Source: Nanobdellota archaeon (GTDB taxonomy: Archaea > Nanobdellota > Nanobdellia > Parvarchaeales > Parvarchaeaceae). From it: a stretch of 64,000 nt of DNA. Below the pieces are notes generated by a model. That model did not search any database. It was given only the letters and a program-made list of their open reading frames with translations, and was not told where the DNA came from. A program made the translations under genes and the position numbers. The stretch lies in NCBI GenBank assembly GCA_021811735.1, contig JAJZNK010000025.1, forward strand, positions 69,400 to 133,399, given 5' to 3'. Positions 52,390 through 62,428 of this stretch are shown here, piece after piece (positions within the stretch are counted from its first letter, which is position 1; each line of letters opens with the position of its first letter).

Positions 52390-53525
52390 ACTAATATTTT
52401 TATGACTTGCCCGTTTTTAACCGGTGCGTCATTTTTTATTTTCAGCCCTGTGTCGCAGTCTATTGCACCTTTATAGTTTTTCGCTATATCTGAGTGTACC
52501 ATCGCAGCAACATCCTTTGGGTTTGATGTTCCTTTTACTAAGTAAGCATCAGGTAAAATTCTCCCGAATCCATCTGCAAGTTTCTTTTCATCCTCAACCG
52601 GAAAGACGGTTTTGTATCCCTTAATCCCAAAAACTAACCGGTTTATTGCCTCTTTCACACCAGTTCCACCATTCTTTTGTGTTATTTTTTCAATTATTGT
52701 TATTGCCCTTTCCTGATCTACGCTTAGGGGTTTTAGTCTCTCTATCTTAGAACCTGTTGATTTTATGAACCCTTTTTTCTCTGCTTCTTTTATAGTCAGT
52801 TCAGCCGCTGCCGAACACGGCATAAACTCATAATCAAATCTTTTTCTAAGTCTGTCTATCTTTTCGTTTATATCTTCTACCGAATCCATTTTATTGCATA
52901 GTATCAGCATCGGCTTCTCCTTCTTCATTATCAATGAAGCAAGTGCTATAGCAGTTTGTTCATTTATCTCCTTTACATTCAGTTCCTTCACCGCTGCCTT
53001 TACCGTTTCTAAACTAATGTTTACACCAGACAGGTTTCTAGATATTACTTCTGAGATCTCGTCTTTTCCGACATATCTTGATCTTTGTATTATAGACGCA
53101 AGCCATCTTTTGATTTCGTTATCGACCATTTCCACATCCTTTGCAGGATCGAAGTTCTTCGTCCGACCTCCGTCAGAATCCGTATTTCCGGAGATATCTA
53201 TGACTTCTATGATTGCATCTGCCTCCATTATCTCACTTAAGAATTTATTTCCCAGTCCTTTTCCTTCACTGGCGCCTTCTATCAGCCCTGCAACATCTAT
53301 TAGATTTATCGGCACAAGTCTTGTTCCGTCGACGCACGGTGCATTGTGCGGGTTACATTTTACGGAAAACCTTTTTTCAGGACATTCAATAGTAACATAC
53401 CCTACTCCTTTATTAGGTTCTATCGTTGTGAATGGTCTGTCCTCAATCTGTACTTCCTCGAGCGTGAGTGCCTTGAAAAGCGTGCTTTTTCCGACATTGG
53501 TTCTTCCTATTATCCCTATTTTCAT
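52386..53525 (-). CDS. ychF: Obg-family GTPase of YchF/OLA1 (or DRG) type with a C-terminal TGS domain
   Basis: G1 IGRTNVGKSTLFKALT, G3 DVAGL, G4 NKMD; C-terminal TGS-like domain; 379 aa. Confidence 0.65.
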   Translation of the reverse strand: MKIGIIGRTNVGKSTLFKALTLEEVQIEDRPFTTIEPNKGVGYVTIECPEKRFSVKCNPHNAPCVDGTRLVPINLIDVAGLIEGASEGKGLGNKFLSEIMEADAIIEVIDISGNTDSDGGRTKNFDPAKDVEMVDNEIKRWLASIIQRSRYVGKDEISEVISRNLSGVNISLETVKAAVKELNVKEINEQTAIALASLIMKKEKPMLILCNKMDSVEDINEKIDRLRKRFDYEFMPCSAAAELTIKEAEKKGFIKSTGSKIERLKPLSVDQERAITIIEKITQKNGGTGVKEAINRLVFGIKGYKTVFPVEDEKKLADGFGRILPDAYLVKGTSNPKDVAAMVHSDIAKNYKGAIDCDTGLKIKNDAPVKNGQVIKILV

Positions 53526-53878
53526 ATTATGATAATAGCGCCGATTATTAAAGTAGGTATAAGAAATGATACAGTATATGCTAGAATTCGTTGCAAATCT
53601 GATTTTTCGGCTGAATAAAGAGTTGAAAGAACAATATTTATGACTATCAGTATGCCACCTGTTAAAAAATAGAATAAATTCAACGCTCCAAGCACAGTCG
53701 AAATTACTATTATTTCAGCTATTATAAGAGGGAAATTGAATATTTTTGTCACAAACAACTTTTTTGATAAAGTTTCTATTTCATCCTGCACAGTTATCCC
53801 TATCATATATCCAATTGGTATAGATATGGCTACAAGTACACTCAGTGCGATTTCCTGTGACAGTAAAATCATATTCAA
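53522..53878 (-). CDS. Small membrane protein
   Basis: 118 aa, 3-4 TM helices. Confidence 0.35.
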   Translation of the reverse strand: MNMILLSQEIALSVLVAISIPIGYMIGITVQDEIETLSKKLFVTKIFNFPLIIAEIIVISTVLGALNLFYFLTGGILIVINIVLSTLYSAEKSDLQRILAYTVSFLIPTLIIGAIIII

Positions 53879-53937
53879 TTACTATGAGTAAACTATTATT
53901 TAAATATACAAATTCAGTCCATTATATATAAATTTAA

Positions 53938-55482
53938 ATGGAACAACCTTTGCAGAATGAAGAGATAAATGTAGAGGAAGAACAAGGGTTAGTGGCTTCT
54001 AACAGCATTTATGGTTTTTTGAGGTCAGGATCAAAGTTTTTCGTTTCATTTCTTATAAGTGTACTTCTAGTAAGGTTTTTGGGGCCTACGAATTACGGTT
54101 ATTATACAGTTGTAATCCTTTATTGGGGCTTTGCATCAACCCTGGCCGGAATAGGAGCAGGTGCGGTTGTTCAGTACGCAGTATCTAAATACCGGGCACA
54201 GAACTCGAACCATAAATTGATGTGGGTTGTTAAACATTACTTTTTCATCGTAACGGTGTCATCCCTTATAGCTTCTGTCGTTTTTTTCCTTCTTTCAGGA
54301 GTGATTGCGTCGATTTATCATTCTGCAGAAGTAGGCTATCTTATAAGGATATTGGCTTTTGGACTAGTGTTCTATTCAATTTCCGGTAATTTTACCGAAC
54401 CTTCTTTTATAGGTTTTCAAAAAATGAATAACAGTTTCATTACAGGCGTTCTTTATGATTTCCTTAGAATAGTGCAACTTGCCGTTATATACTTCGGTTT
54501 TGGGTTAGTGGGTGCGATAAAATTTTACGACGTAATATATCTTGTGATTTCAACGGTCGGGATTTGTTTGCTGTATCGTTCTATACGGGGATTTCCAAAG
54601 TCAGTGAAACCTGGGAAAGATGAAATAGCACATTTTTACAGTTACAGGAATTTTTCGTATATTATTTCAGTTATCTCACTTTCTTATGGGTCCGTTATAG
54701 TGCTTTTTCTAGGTGTAGTATCACCAAACATCTCTTCAGTAAGTTTTTACAGAGTTGGTCTCATAATGGCTGGAATGCTAGCCCTACCGTCTTCAGCAGT
54801 CGGTTCGGCATTTTTTGCTTCTATAACCAAATTTTTTGAAAAGAAAGATTTTGAAGGTTTTTACCGCATACAACATAGCCTTGTAAAATACTCGTTTATT
54901 CTAACCTCTCCGCTTGTTGTAGCCTCTATAATATCTGCACCACGCCTTATATCTTACTTGTATAAATCCTCTTTTTTGGGAGTGGAGACTCCATTTATAA
55001 TTTTGCTGGTTCCAGTTCTAATCTCAAGCATTTTTGGTCCGATGACTCAGATACTGAGTGCGACAGGAAAACAAAAATATACAATGTATTCTGTTGTGAC
55101 CGGGGCGATAGTGGGGATAGTTTTGATGGTCACGCTAGTTCCAAGGTTTTACGCAGTAGGTGCTGCGATAGCCTATTTCTCTGTGACAATTGCGACTCTC
55201 GCAATCAATCTTGTATTTGTATCAAAATACATAAAGATAAGGTTACCATATAAGGAGATTATGAGGAGCATTCTGGCACTTATAGCAATGTCAATTTTAC
55301 TTTACGTCATGTTGATCTTTATAAAACGACTAGCATATCTCCCCCTTATACTTATAGCTTCTCTCGTTTTCTATGCGGTTATGCTTTATTTGACTAAGAC
55401 AATAAATAGCAGCGAGATACGTTTTATAATAAAACTTGTGAAAGCTGATAAATTTGTCAGAATGTTTTATAAAAAGTATTAA
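53938..55482 (+). CDS. Oligosaccharide/polysaccharide flippase (MOP superfamily, Wzx-like)
   Basis: 514 aa, about 12-14 TM helices, typical Wzx/MATE-like pattern; adjacent to aglB. Confidence 0.6.
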   Translation: MEQPLQNEEINVEEEQGLVASNSIYGFLRSGSKFFVSFLISVLLVRFLGPTNYGYYTVVILYWGFASTLAGIGAGAVVQYAVSKYRAQNSNHKLMWVVKHYFFIVTVSSLIASVVFFLLSGVIASIYHSAEVGYLIRILAFGLVFYSISGNFTEPSFIGFQKMNNSFITGVLYDFLRIVQLAVIYFGFGLVGAIKFYDVIYLVISTVGICLLYRSIRGFPKSVKPGKDEIAHFYSYRNFSYIISVISLSYGSVIVLFLGVVSPNISSVSFYRVGLIMAGMLALPSSAVGSAFFASITKFFEKKDFEGFYRIQHSLVKYSFILTSPLVVASIISAPRLISYLYKSSFLGVETPFIILLVPVLISSIFGPMTQILSATGKQKYTMYSVVTGAIVGIVLMVTLVPRFYAVGAAIAYFSVTIATLAINLVFVSKYIKIRLPYKEIMRSILALIAMSILLYVMLIFIKRLAYLPLILIASLVFYAVMLYLTKTINSSEIRFIIKLVKADKFVRMFYKKY

Positions 55483-55504
55483 TTGAATACCTCTATATAA
55501 TTTT

Positions 55505-56284
55505 ATGAAGTTAAACGTAAATGCCGTAGACTTGGAATTTAATGAAGACGAAAGAAAGCTTTTCGCCGATGGAAAGGAGGTCCCGTTCTCCGTAAGGAGC
55601 GTCGGTGAAATGAAAGATGTTATATTCAATAAAGAATTTATAACTTCTAAGAACAAAAATGATATAATCTATAGAATGTACCGCGGTGCTGGAGTAGACA
55701 AGAATTCAACGGTATTCTCCGCCCATAATATAAGATATGATATTACTGTGATAGAAAATTATGATTTGGGAGGAGAATTCACTAAAACGCTGGGCCATTA
55801 TCATCCTATGGTAAGGAACGGGCTTGCATACCCCGAACTTTATGAAATTATAAGTGGTGAGGCCGTTTATCTGCTGCAAAAGAAGAATGAAGATGGGAGC
55901 TTTGACCTACAACTGGTTCACGCGAAGAAAGGTGACAAGGTAATAATGCCACCGAATTACGGCCATTTTTCCATAAATATTGGAAGTGGCTTGCTTATAG
56001 AAGCAAACCTTGTAAATTCGACATTCGAGTCGGATTACAAATCGATACAGAAAATGGGCGGCGGAGCAATATTTTTACTTAGAAATGGTAACGCTGTACT
56101 GAACAGAGGTTACCGTGAAACTACATTAAAACACGGTGATGCGGAAAAGATACCATTTCTGGATTATTCAAAGAGTATCTACGACGAATATATCTCACAT
56201 CCAGAACATTTTATATTCTTAAATAAGCCGGAGTTCCTTCTTTCTAAGCATGATCAGTGGGATATAGAAACACAGAATTTTTAA
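55505..56284 (+). CDS. Cupin-type glucose-6-phosphate isomerase (archaeal cPGI)
   Basis: TLGHYHPMVRNGLAYPELYEIISGEAVYLLQ and MPPNYGHFSINIGSG match the cPGI TxGHxH...E.Y / PP.WAH.. metal-binding signature. Confidence 0.55.
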   Translation: MKLNVNAVDLEFNEDERKLFADGKEVPFSVRSVGEMKDVIFNKEFITSKNKNDIIYRMYRGAGVDKNSTVFSAHNIRYDITVIENYDLGGEFTKTLGHYHPMVRNGLAYPELYEIISGEAVYLLQKKNEDGSFDLQLVHAKKGDKVIMPPNYGHFSINIGSGLLIEANLVNSTFESDYKSIQKMGGGAIFLLRNGNAVLNRGYRETTLKHGDAEKIPFLDYSKSIYDEYISHPEHFIFLNKPEFLLSKHDQWDIETQNF

Positions 56285-56332
56285 ATCAGAAAGGTTTAAT
56301 ACTCATGAACAGTTGTTTTATATATTTGAATT

Positions 56333-59300
56333 ATGGCAGAAAATGATGCTTTGAACGATGTCCGTGATGCTGCCGCAAAAGAAGAACACAAATTAGAGGA
56401 ACAGATTAAAAAAGAGGAAAGAGAAGTGCGGCGGGAAGAGAAAGAGCTAAAAAAAGAAGAAAAAAGCATAGAAGCGCTTAAGAATGAGGAAGAAAAGCTC
56501 GAAAGAATAAGCGAGGAAGTCTCCAAAAAAAAGATAAGTGAAATCGAAATAGAACTTAATTTTTCTGGTCTTAAAAAGTTTGGGGAAACTGCTTATGATG
56601 TACTCATCAAGAAAAGAGTTCTTTTTTACATTTTGCTTGTTTTGGCCGTGACGGTCGGGTTTGGTTCGTTTATTCCTGGTGGATGGGCTGTGCATACAGC
56701 AAGTGTCCCAGCTCTGTTGAATCCTCTTCATTCAAATTTTTCAGTTATAGGTAGCAATTATCTTGGGATGGGAGGATCCCTCTCTGGTTTGGATCCGTAT
56801 ATCTTTTATATCCAGATGGAAAATGTACTGAAAACTGGAAATGTGCCTGTCATCAATTATATGCAATACTTACCACTAGGTTTATCGTCAAGAACGGACG
56901 AATTAATGGTTTCATTTTTTGGTGCATATTCTGCAAGGCTTATTGACCCTATGGTAAAAGGTGCAGTACCAATGACTTCTTTTATGTTTTTACCTGCTTT
57001 TTTCGCAGTATTCTCGGCGCTGCTTCTATTCTTGATTTTACTTGAGTTGTTCGGAGATTACTGGATGGCGAGCATAAGCGCTTTTATACTGCCTGCGTTT
57101 CTTACGTTTTTAAGTCGTTCGACCGCCGGATTCTCACAGAAAACTTCAATGGGATTTATGTTCATTCTTCTGGCCATATTTTTCCTGTCAAAATCGTTAA
57201 AGTCAAAAAGAACAAGGAGCAAAATGATTTACGGGCTGGCAACAGGTATTGCAACTGGTTTAGCGTCTGCAGCAAGCGGATACAGCGAGTATCTAATTTT
57301 GGTTATACCTATAATATATATTGTCATTATCCTCCTCGGATACGCAAAGAAAGGAGATATGTTTGCCTATTTGTTATTTGCTATATGGGTTCCAATAAAG
57401 GTCAGTTTTGTGACATTCACTTTTTCGGATGTAATACACAGCGCGCTTTATTATCCTATGCTGTTTTCTTATGTTCTGGTTCTCTTCAAGCTTCTAGTAT
57501 ATGACAAATATCATACGAAACTAAAAATTCCACTTGTAAGCAATGGGTTTTCGGTAGTCATATACGGCGCTATAATTTCATTAGCAGTTCTGGCGCTCAC
57601 TGGCCTAAACACGCTAAAGCATGCATTTCTCAAGCTCTCGTCTCAGTTCACACATCCTTTGGGTGTAGGAATAGTGAATCCAGTAACGCAGACAATAGCA
57701 GAATATGCCCCTTTAAATCTATCACAGAGAATTCAGGATTTTAACTTTTTAGTAGGTTCTCTAGGCATAAACTTCTTATTTTTCTGTGCGGGAGCAGGCA
57801 TATTATTATTTATTGTGTTAAAAAGGTTTAAGCACTGGTACATACCTTACCTATTTGGTGTTCCATTTATATTGATGTTGAATGGGGGAACATTCAGTTA
57901 TAATTCCAGCTCATACCTATTCCTTTCCGTGTTTTTAGCGCTCGAATTCATGCCTCTTGGTTATTTATTTTTACATAAAACTGAAATCGAGTCAAAAAGA
58001 ATCTTCAGCTTGGTAATCTTTCTTACTATGATTTCGCTTATAATGACTATAGTGTTATGGACAATGAATTCTTCCACCAATAATTATAAGTACGGTGCGG
58101 TGGCGTTGGTGATAATATTTGTACTAGAATTCGCATTTGATAAACAGCAAGATACAAATATCATATCTTTACTTGCTATAATACCATTTTTCTTTTTCAT
58201 TACAACGGTATTATTATCTAATGTAGAGAGTAGACTTCTTGAGCCAACAGAACTTGGAGCAGCCATAATAATACCATTTGCATTTGTTTATCTTTTCAGA
58301 GGCTCGATAGACATAGTTAAAAGATTTACTGGATCAACAAACACAAGAAACATCCTCTCAGCTGTAATAATCATAATAGCAATTGCCTTAATGGTAGCGG
58401 ATTTGCATTCAAGCCTTGTTTTGTCTTATCACGTTGCACAATCGAGTGGAAGTGGCCTTTTGCTCTGGGGTCCTACGATGCAGTGGATTAATCAGAATAC
58501 TCCCACTAATACTTCCATAATTTCGTGGTGGGATTACGGCTATTGGGAAGAAGCTATAGCAAATAGAACCGCGGTTGCAGATGGAAGTAATGCATATGGT
58601 TATCAGTCTATGATTGCGAAGTACTTCTTTGAAGCAACATCTCCTTACACTTATTCTACTTACCTTCATTTTATACACCAACCTACTTACGCCGTAATAA
58701 GCGGGAGCGAGATACAAAAGTTTTCAGCAATATCCACCATAGCTCTTAACCCAACCTCATTCACTCCGATGCAAGAAGTAAATGCAACAATTAATTCACA
58801 GAATATAGGAAACAAAAGCTACAAATACTTGATTTCATTCGGCGATACAAACGGTCAGATTGCTCCTCTTTATTCAAATGCGGCAGTAAAAGGTCTACCC
58901 GGAAACGCGAACAATGATCTTCTGGTCGAGGTGATGATACCTGTAAATGCTACAAATAATGGGGTGATAACCTCAACCGGCAGTCCTTATGGTGTATTAT
59001 ATAGCGAACTGACCGCCACATTCTCATCCCCAATGCCACTCGATTACAATTGTGTCTATAGTTTAGGTTGTAATTATGTTACCAATAGTGGTATCCCTGG
59101 AGCAGTCATGCTTCTCAACGCTACAAATTCGGTAAATCTTCACATTGGTGGAATACCACAGGCACCAGGGGGGTACAGCAATCTTCCGATAAATTTGTCA
59201 CAGTTTGGAAACGCCCCTTCATTGCTTTACATGCCGAATGAAACTTTGAACACTCTGTTTGATAAACTTTATCTTTTGAATGAAAGTGTTCCAGGTTTCA

Positions 59301-59530
59301 AACTTCTATATTCCGATAATTTACCAGTTAATTCTCTTTTGAGTATTGAAAATCAAGTTTTGACTAACATAAATGTCTACAAAATAAATTATACTGAATT
59401 AAGCAAGTACGTGCTCACTGGAGAATGCTCAGTTTCACCCTCCGCAGCCAATTACTGTGATAACTTAAACTATCTGCCAGTGGTTTTCGCAAACAATAGC
59501 AAACTTATAAATGATACTCCTATTAATTAA
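56333..59530 (+). CDS. aglB: Oligosaccharyltransferase AglB/STT3 with a ~95-aa E/K-rich N-terminal extension
   Basis: WWDYGYW motif (SIISWWDYGYWEEAIA), 13 or more TM helices, large C-terminal soluble domain; 1065 aa. The first ~95 aa are charged coiled coil (KEEHKLEEQIKKEEREVRREEKELKKEEKSIEALKNEEEKLE) before TM1. Confidence 0.8.
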   Translation: MAENDALNDVRDAAAKEEHKLEEQIKKEEREVRREEKELKKEEKSIEALKNEEEKLERISEEVSKKKISEIEIELNFSGLKKFGETAYDVLIKKRVLFYILLVLAVTVGFGSFIPGGWAVHTASVPALLNPLHSNFSVIGSNYLGMGGSLSGLDPYIFYIQMENVLKTGNVPVINYMQYLPLGLSSRTDELMVSFFGAYSARLIDPMVKGAVPMTSFMFLPAFFAVFSALLLFLILLELFGDYWMASISAFILPAFLTFLSRSTAGFSQKTSMGFMFILLAIFFLSKSLKSKRTRSKMIYGLATGIATGLASAASGYSEYLILVIPIIYIVIILLGYAKKGDMFAYLLFAIWVPIKVSFVTFTFSDVIHSALYYPMLFSYVLVLFKLLVYDKYHTKLKIPLVSNGFSVVIYGAIISLAVLALTGLNTLKHAFLKLSSQFTHPLGVGIVNPVTQTIAEYAPLNLSQRIQDFNFLVGSLGINFLFFCAGAGILLFIVLKRFKHWYIPYLFGVPFILMLNGGTFSYNSSSYLFLSVFLALEFMPLGYLFLHKTEIESKRIFSLVIFLTMISLIMTIVLWTMNSSTNNYKYGAVALVIIFVLEFAFDKQQDTNIISLLAIIPFFFFITTVLLSNVESRLLEPTELGAAIIIPFAFVYLFRGSIDIVKRFTGSTNTRNILSAVIIIIAIALMVADLHSSLVLSYHVAQSSGSGLLLWGPTMQWINQNTPTNTSIISWWDYGYWEEAIANRTAVADGSNAYGYQSMIAKYFFEATSPYTYSTYLHFIHQPTYAVISGSEIQKFSAISTIALNPTSFTPMQEVNATINSQNIGNKSYKYLISFGDTNGQIAPLYSNAAVKGLPGNANNDLLVEVMIPVNATNNGVITSTGSPYGVLYSELTATFSSPMPLDYNCVYSLGCNYVTNSGIPGAVMLLNATNSVNLHIGGIPQAPGGYSNLPINLSQFGNAPSLLYMPNETLNTLFDKLYLLNESVPGFKLLYSDNLPVNSLLSIENQVLTNINVYKINYTELSKYVLTGECSVSPSAANYCDNLNYLPVVFANNSKLINDTPIN

Positions 59531-59532
59531 TC

Positions 59533-60093
59533 ATGAAAGTGATAGTCTCCGGTTTAACAGCCTCAGGCAAATCAAGCGTTTCTAAAGATATAGCATCTAA
59601 TCTAGGTATAGACTACTTCTCAGCAAGTTCCAAACTTAAAGAGATTCTTCCAAAAAAAGATTTCGAGGTTTGGGAGTCTAAAAAGGGGATAGACGCAGTA
59701 AAATTTAGGCTAAAATACCCTCAGTATGACAAAAAACTCGATTCGTTTATAAGCTCTCTATTTAAAAAGAGAAGTAACCTTGTAATGGACAGTTGGGTTG
59801 CGGCCTGGAAAATAAAGGATAAAAATATTATTAAGATCTACATAAAAGCAGATGAGAAAACAAGAGCATTACGTGTAGGAGTTAGAGATAGACTGAGCGT
59901 TAAGCAGGCGCTGGCGTTTATGCGGGAAAAAGACAGACTAACCCAACAAATCTACAAAAATATTTATGGGATAGAAATAGATATAGACTTTACTCCATTT
60001 GACTTGGTTATCGACTCATCAAATCTGGATTTAAAGGATACGATAAAATTATGTTTGGATTTTATACATAAACAGAAAAAGGTAAAGTTTTAA
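59533..60093 (+). CDS. cmk: Archaeal-type cytidylate kinase (COG1102)
   Basis: P-loop VSGLTASGKSSVSK; ...YGIEIDIDFTPFDLVIDSS. Conserved cmk-cbf5 adjacency. Confidence 0.6.
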   Translation: MKVIVSGLTASGKSSVSKDIASNLGIDYFSASSKLKEILPKKDFEVWESKKGIDAVKFRLKYPQYDKKLDSFISSLFKKRSNLVMDSWVAAWKIKDKNIIKIYIKADEKTRALRVGVRDRLSVKQALAFMREKDRLTQQIYKNIYGIEIDIDFTPFDLVIDSSNLDLKDTIKLCLDFIHKQKKVKF

Positions 60094-60116
60094 TTCTTAC
60101 CTCGCAATTTAATAAA

Positions 60117-61127
60117 ATGAAACTGCCATTGGAAGGTTTAAAGCAGGAAGTTTTCTCTATAAGGTCAGAGGAAACCGACACAAAATACGGCAGATTTCCG
60201 AAAGAAAGAAGCATAGAAGAGAGAATGAATTACGGTTTTATTCTGTTGGACAAACCAGCAGGTATAAGATCAAAGACGGCTGCGCATATAGCAAAAAAGG
60301 TTATGGACAGTTTTGCGGTAAAAAAGATAGGATACTCAGGGACTTTAGAAGATTGAAGAAATCCCAACGTAACCGGTCTTCTACCACTCGCCATAAACAA
60401 TGCTACCAAGGCGCTTTCGGTGCTTCTTTTCGGCGGAAAGGAATATGTGGCTCTCATGCACCTGCACAACGAAGTAGGGGAGCAATTACTTAGGGATACG
60501 TTCAATAAATTTATAGGTAAGATTATGCAGCTTCCTCCCGTTAGATCACATGTAAAACGTCAGTATCGACAGAGAGAAATATATTATTCCGAAATACTCG
60601 AAATAGAAGGAAAGGACGTGCTCTTTAAGGTTGGAGTGGAATCTGGTACATATATACGAAAGTTAATACATGATATTGGGCAAGATTTGGGGGTTGGTGC
60701 TCATATGACAGAACTGAGAAGGACTAAAGTTTCGACTCTTTCTGAAAAGGACAGCATGGTTACTTTGCAAGATTTGGATGATGCAGTTTATTTGTACAGG
60801 AATGATGGAGATAAAAGGCTACTAGAGAAATGCCTTGGTAACATAGAATCTGCCATAGATTTCCTCCCAAAAATATTTGTTTCGGATGGAGCCGTAGATC
60901 CTGTATGTCATGGATCACCTCTTGCAATTCCTGGCGTTGTAAAGCTTACAGAATTCCAAAAAGATGAAACCGCTGCAATAATGTCTTTAAAAGGGGAGCT
61001 AATAGCCTTAGGGAAAACTGTTCTGTCATCCGATGAGATTAAATCATTTAAAAAAGGTGTGGCTGTAAAGACTGATAGTGTTATAATGAACACAGGAACT
61101 TACCCAACATATAAAAAGATTAATTAG
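60117..61127 (+). CDS. cbf5: tRNA pseudouridine synthase Cbf5/TruB (H/ACA RNP catalytic subunit), interrupted by one in-frame TGA at 60354-60356
   Basis: The two track ORFs (60117-60356 and 60420-61127) are in the same frame. Translating through the TGA gives ...IGYSGTLED*RNPNVTGLLPLAINNATKALSVLLFGGKEYVALMHL..., which covers the catalytic GTLD..VTG motif. Read-through length is 336 aa, typical for Cbf5. A PUA domain sits at the C-terminus. Confidence 0.8.
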
Positions 61128-61172
61128 TATCAGAGAGGTAATATAGTAATTATAAAACTAGTTTTATCATGC

Positions 61173-61246
61173 GGGGTGGTGATCTAGCTTGGTATGATGC
61201 TAGCTTCGGGGGTTAGTTGACCTGGGTTCAAATCCCAGCCACCCCA
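61173..61246 (+). tRNA. tRNA-Pro (anticodon CGG)
   Basis: Acceptor GGGGTGG/CCACCCC, anticodon stem CTAGC/GTTAG with loop TTCGGGG, T-arm CTGGG-TTCAAAT-CCCAG. Confidence 0.7.
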
Positions 61247-61270
61247 ATTTTGTCTCAGAACCAACACGAC

Positions 61271-62428
61271 TTAACCTCTTAGAAATGTCGTCGCTATTAT
61301 CGAGATAATTATTGTAGAAAGTATTGCTACTGAGTAGGCTAAGCTAGTTATTACTCCTGTGCTTAATGCCACAGTTGCTATTGCTATTCCAACTGCTCCC
61401 CTACCATTTAGTATCGCACTTACTTTTATTCTCCAGTTTTTCTTCTTTGTTTTCATTATAATTTTTGAAAAATAGAAGTTTATAATTAGGGAAAAAGAAA
61501 TTACTAAAATAGAAATTATTACTATTGGAATTATAAAATTTTGAATGGAATGAAAACTAGAGACAGCAATTCCAGCTACGCCGAAAAACATCGGTATAAA
61601 AAATCCGTCATTCATTCTTCTTAATGTTTTCTTGATTTTTCCAAATAGATTTCTTCCTATAAGCCCCTCATGTATTATGAGTCCTGCGAAGAATACTCCT
61701 ATTATATAGTTTATTCCTATGAATTCTGAGACAGCCCCCATAAGTAAACCAATTACAATTATCATAGCATATCCAAAGTGTTCGCTTTTGAGAATCTGTC
61801 CAGATCTCTTAAGATGCATTCTAAGACTGTGTTTTCCTTTATTAAGTATCTTGTCTACGTTCATGAATATCACCAAGAAAGTTACGAAGTATACAATCAC
61901 TAGTATCGCATTTAGTGTGGTTTTGTAAGATATACCCAATAAAAGGAAAGCAAGTACATCAGTTATAATCACCGAAGCCACTATAGTTATACCCCTTGGA
62001 TCTCTTTCAAGCCTATATCTCATAACAAGCACAGAAATTATTGATATAGACGGTACTGCTATTGACAGTGAAATTATAAAATCTGCTTGTAGTCCAAATC
62101 TGAGCAAAAACATAGAGGAAACTGATGCTAGTATAAGCGGCATGATAAAACTAGTCATCGTCATTTTTATTCCAGGTTTAAGGTATTTCACAACGGATTC
62201 AGTTTTCATTTCTATTCCCAGAAGGAATATTATAAAGAAAAGTGAAATAGATGAAATCGTCTGTAGTCCGTTGCTTTCCTGAATCATGTTAAGAAAGAAA
62301 GGTCCTGTTATGAGTCCTGCCATAAGGTAACCTACGACCGATGGAAATCTCAGTTGTTCAAATATCTCCCCCATTATTATGGATACCGAGAGAATTATGA
62401 GTATCTGTATTATTATATTTAATGCCAT
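61271..62428 (-). CDS. Cation:proton antiporter (CPA family, NhaP/Kef-type membrane domain)
   Basis: 385 aa, 11-12 TM helices; N-terminal LSVSIIMGEIFEQLRFPSVVGYLMAGLITGP is typical of CPA1/2 exchangers. Confidence 0.65.
   Translation of the reverse strand: MALNIIIQILIILSVSIIMGEIFEQLRFPSVVGYLMAGLITGPFFLNMIQESNGLQTISSISLFFIIFLLGIEMKTESVVKYLKPGIKMTMTSFIMPLILASVSSMFLLRFGLQADFIISLSIAVPSISIISVLVMRYRLERDPRGITIVASVIITDVLAFLLLGISYKTTLNAILVIVYFVTFLVIFMNVDKILNKGKHSLRMHLKRSGQILKSEHFGYAMIIVIGLLMGAVSEFIGINYIIGVFFAGLIIHEGLIGRNLFGKIKKTLRRMNDGFFIPMFFGVAGIAVSSFHSIQNFIIPIVIISILVISFSLIINFYFSKIIMKTKKKNWRIKVSAILNGRGAVGIAIATVALSTGVITSLAYSVAILSTIIISIIATTFLRG

Noticed and set aside
52894-53532. 212-aa ORF antisense to ychF
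   Set aside because: Ser/Phe/Ile-rich antisense artefact inside a conserved GTPase gene.
56296-56731. Two minus-strand ORFs over the AglB N-terminal region
   Set aside because: Generated by the purine-rich (GAA/AAG)n stretch that encodes the E/K-rich tail; poly-Ser/Phe translations.
60117-60356. Treating the 79-aa ORF as an independent small protein
   Set aside because: It is the N-terminal part of cbf5, in the same frame as the downstream ORF. It is not a separate gene.
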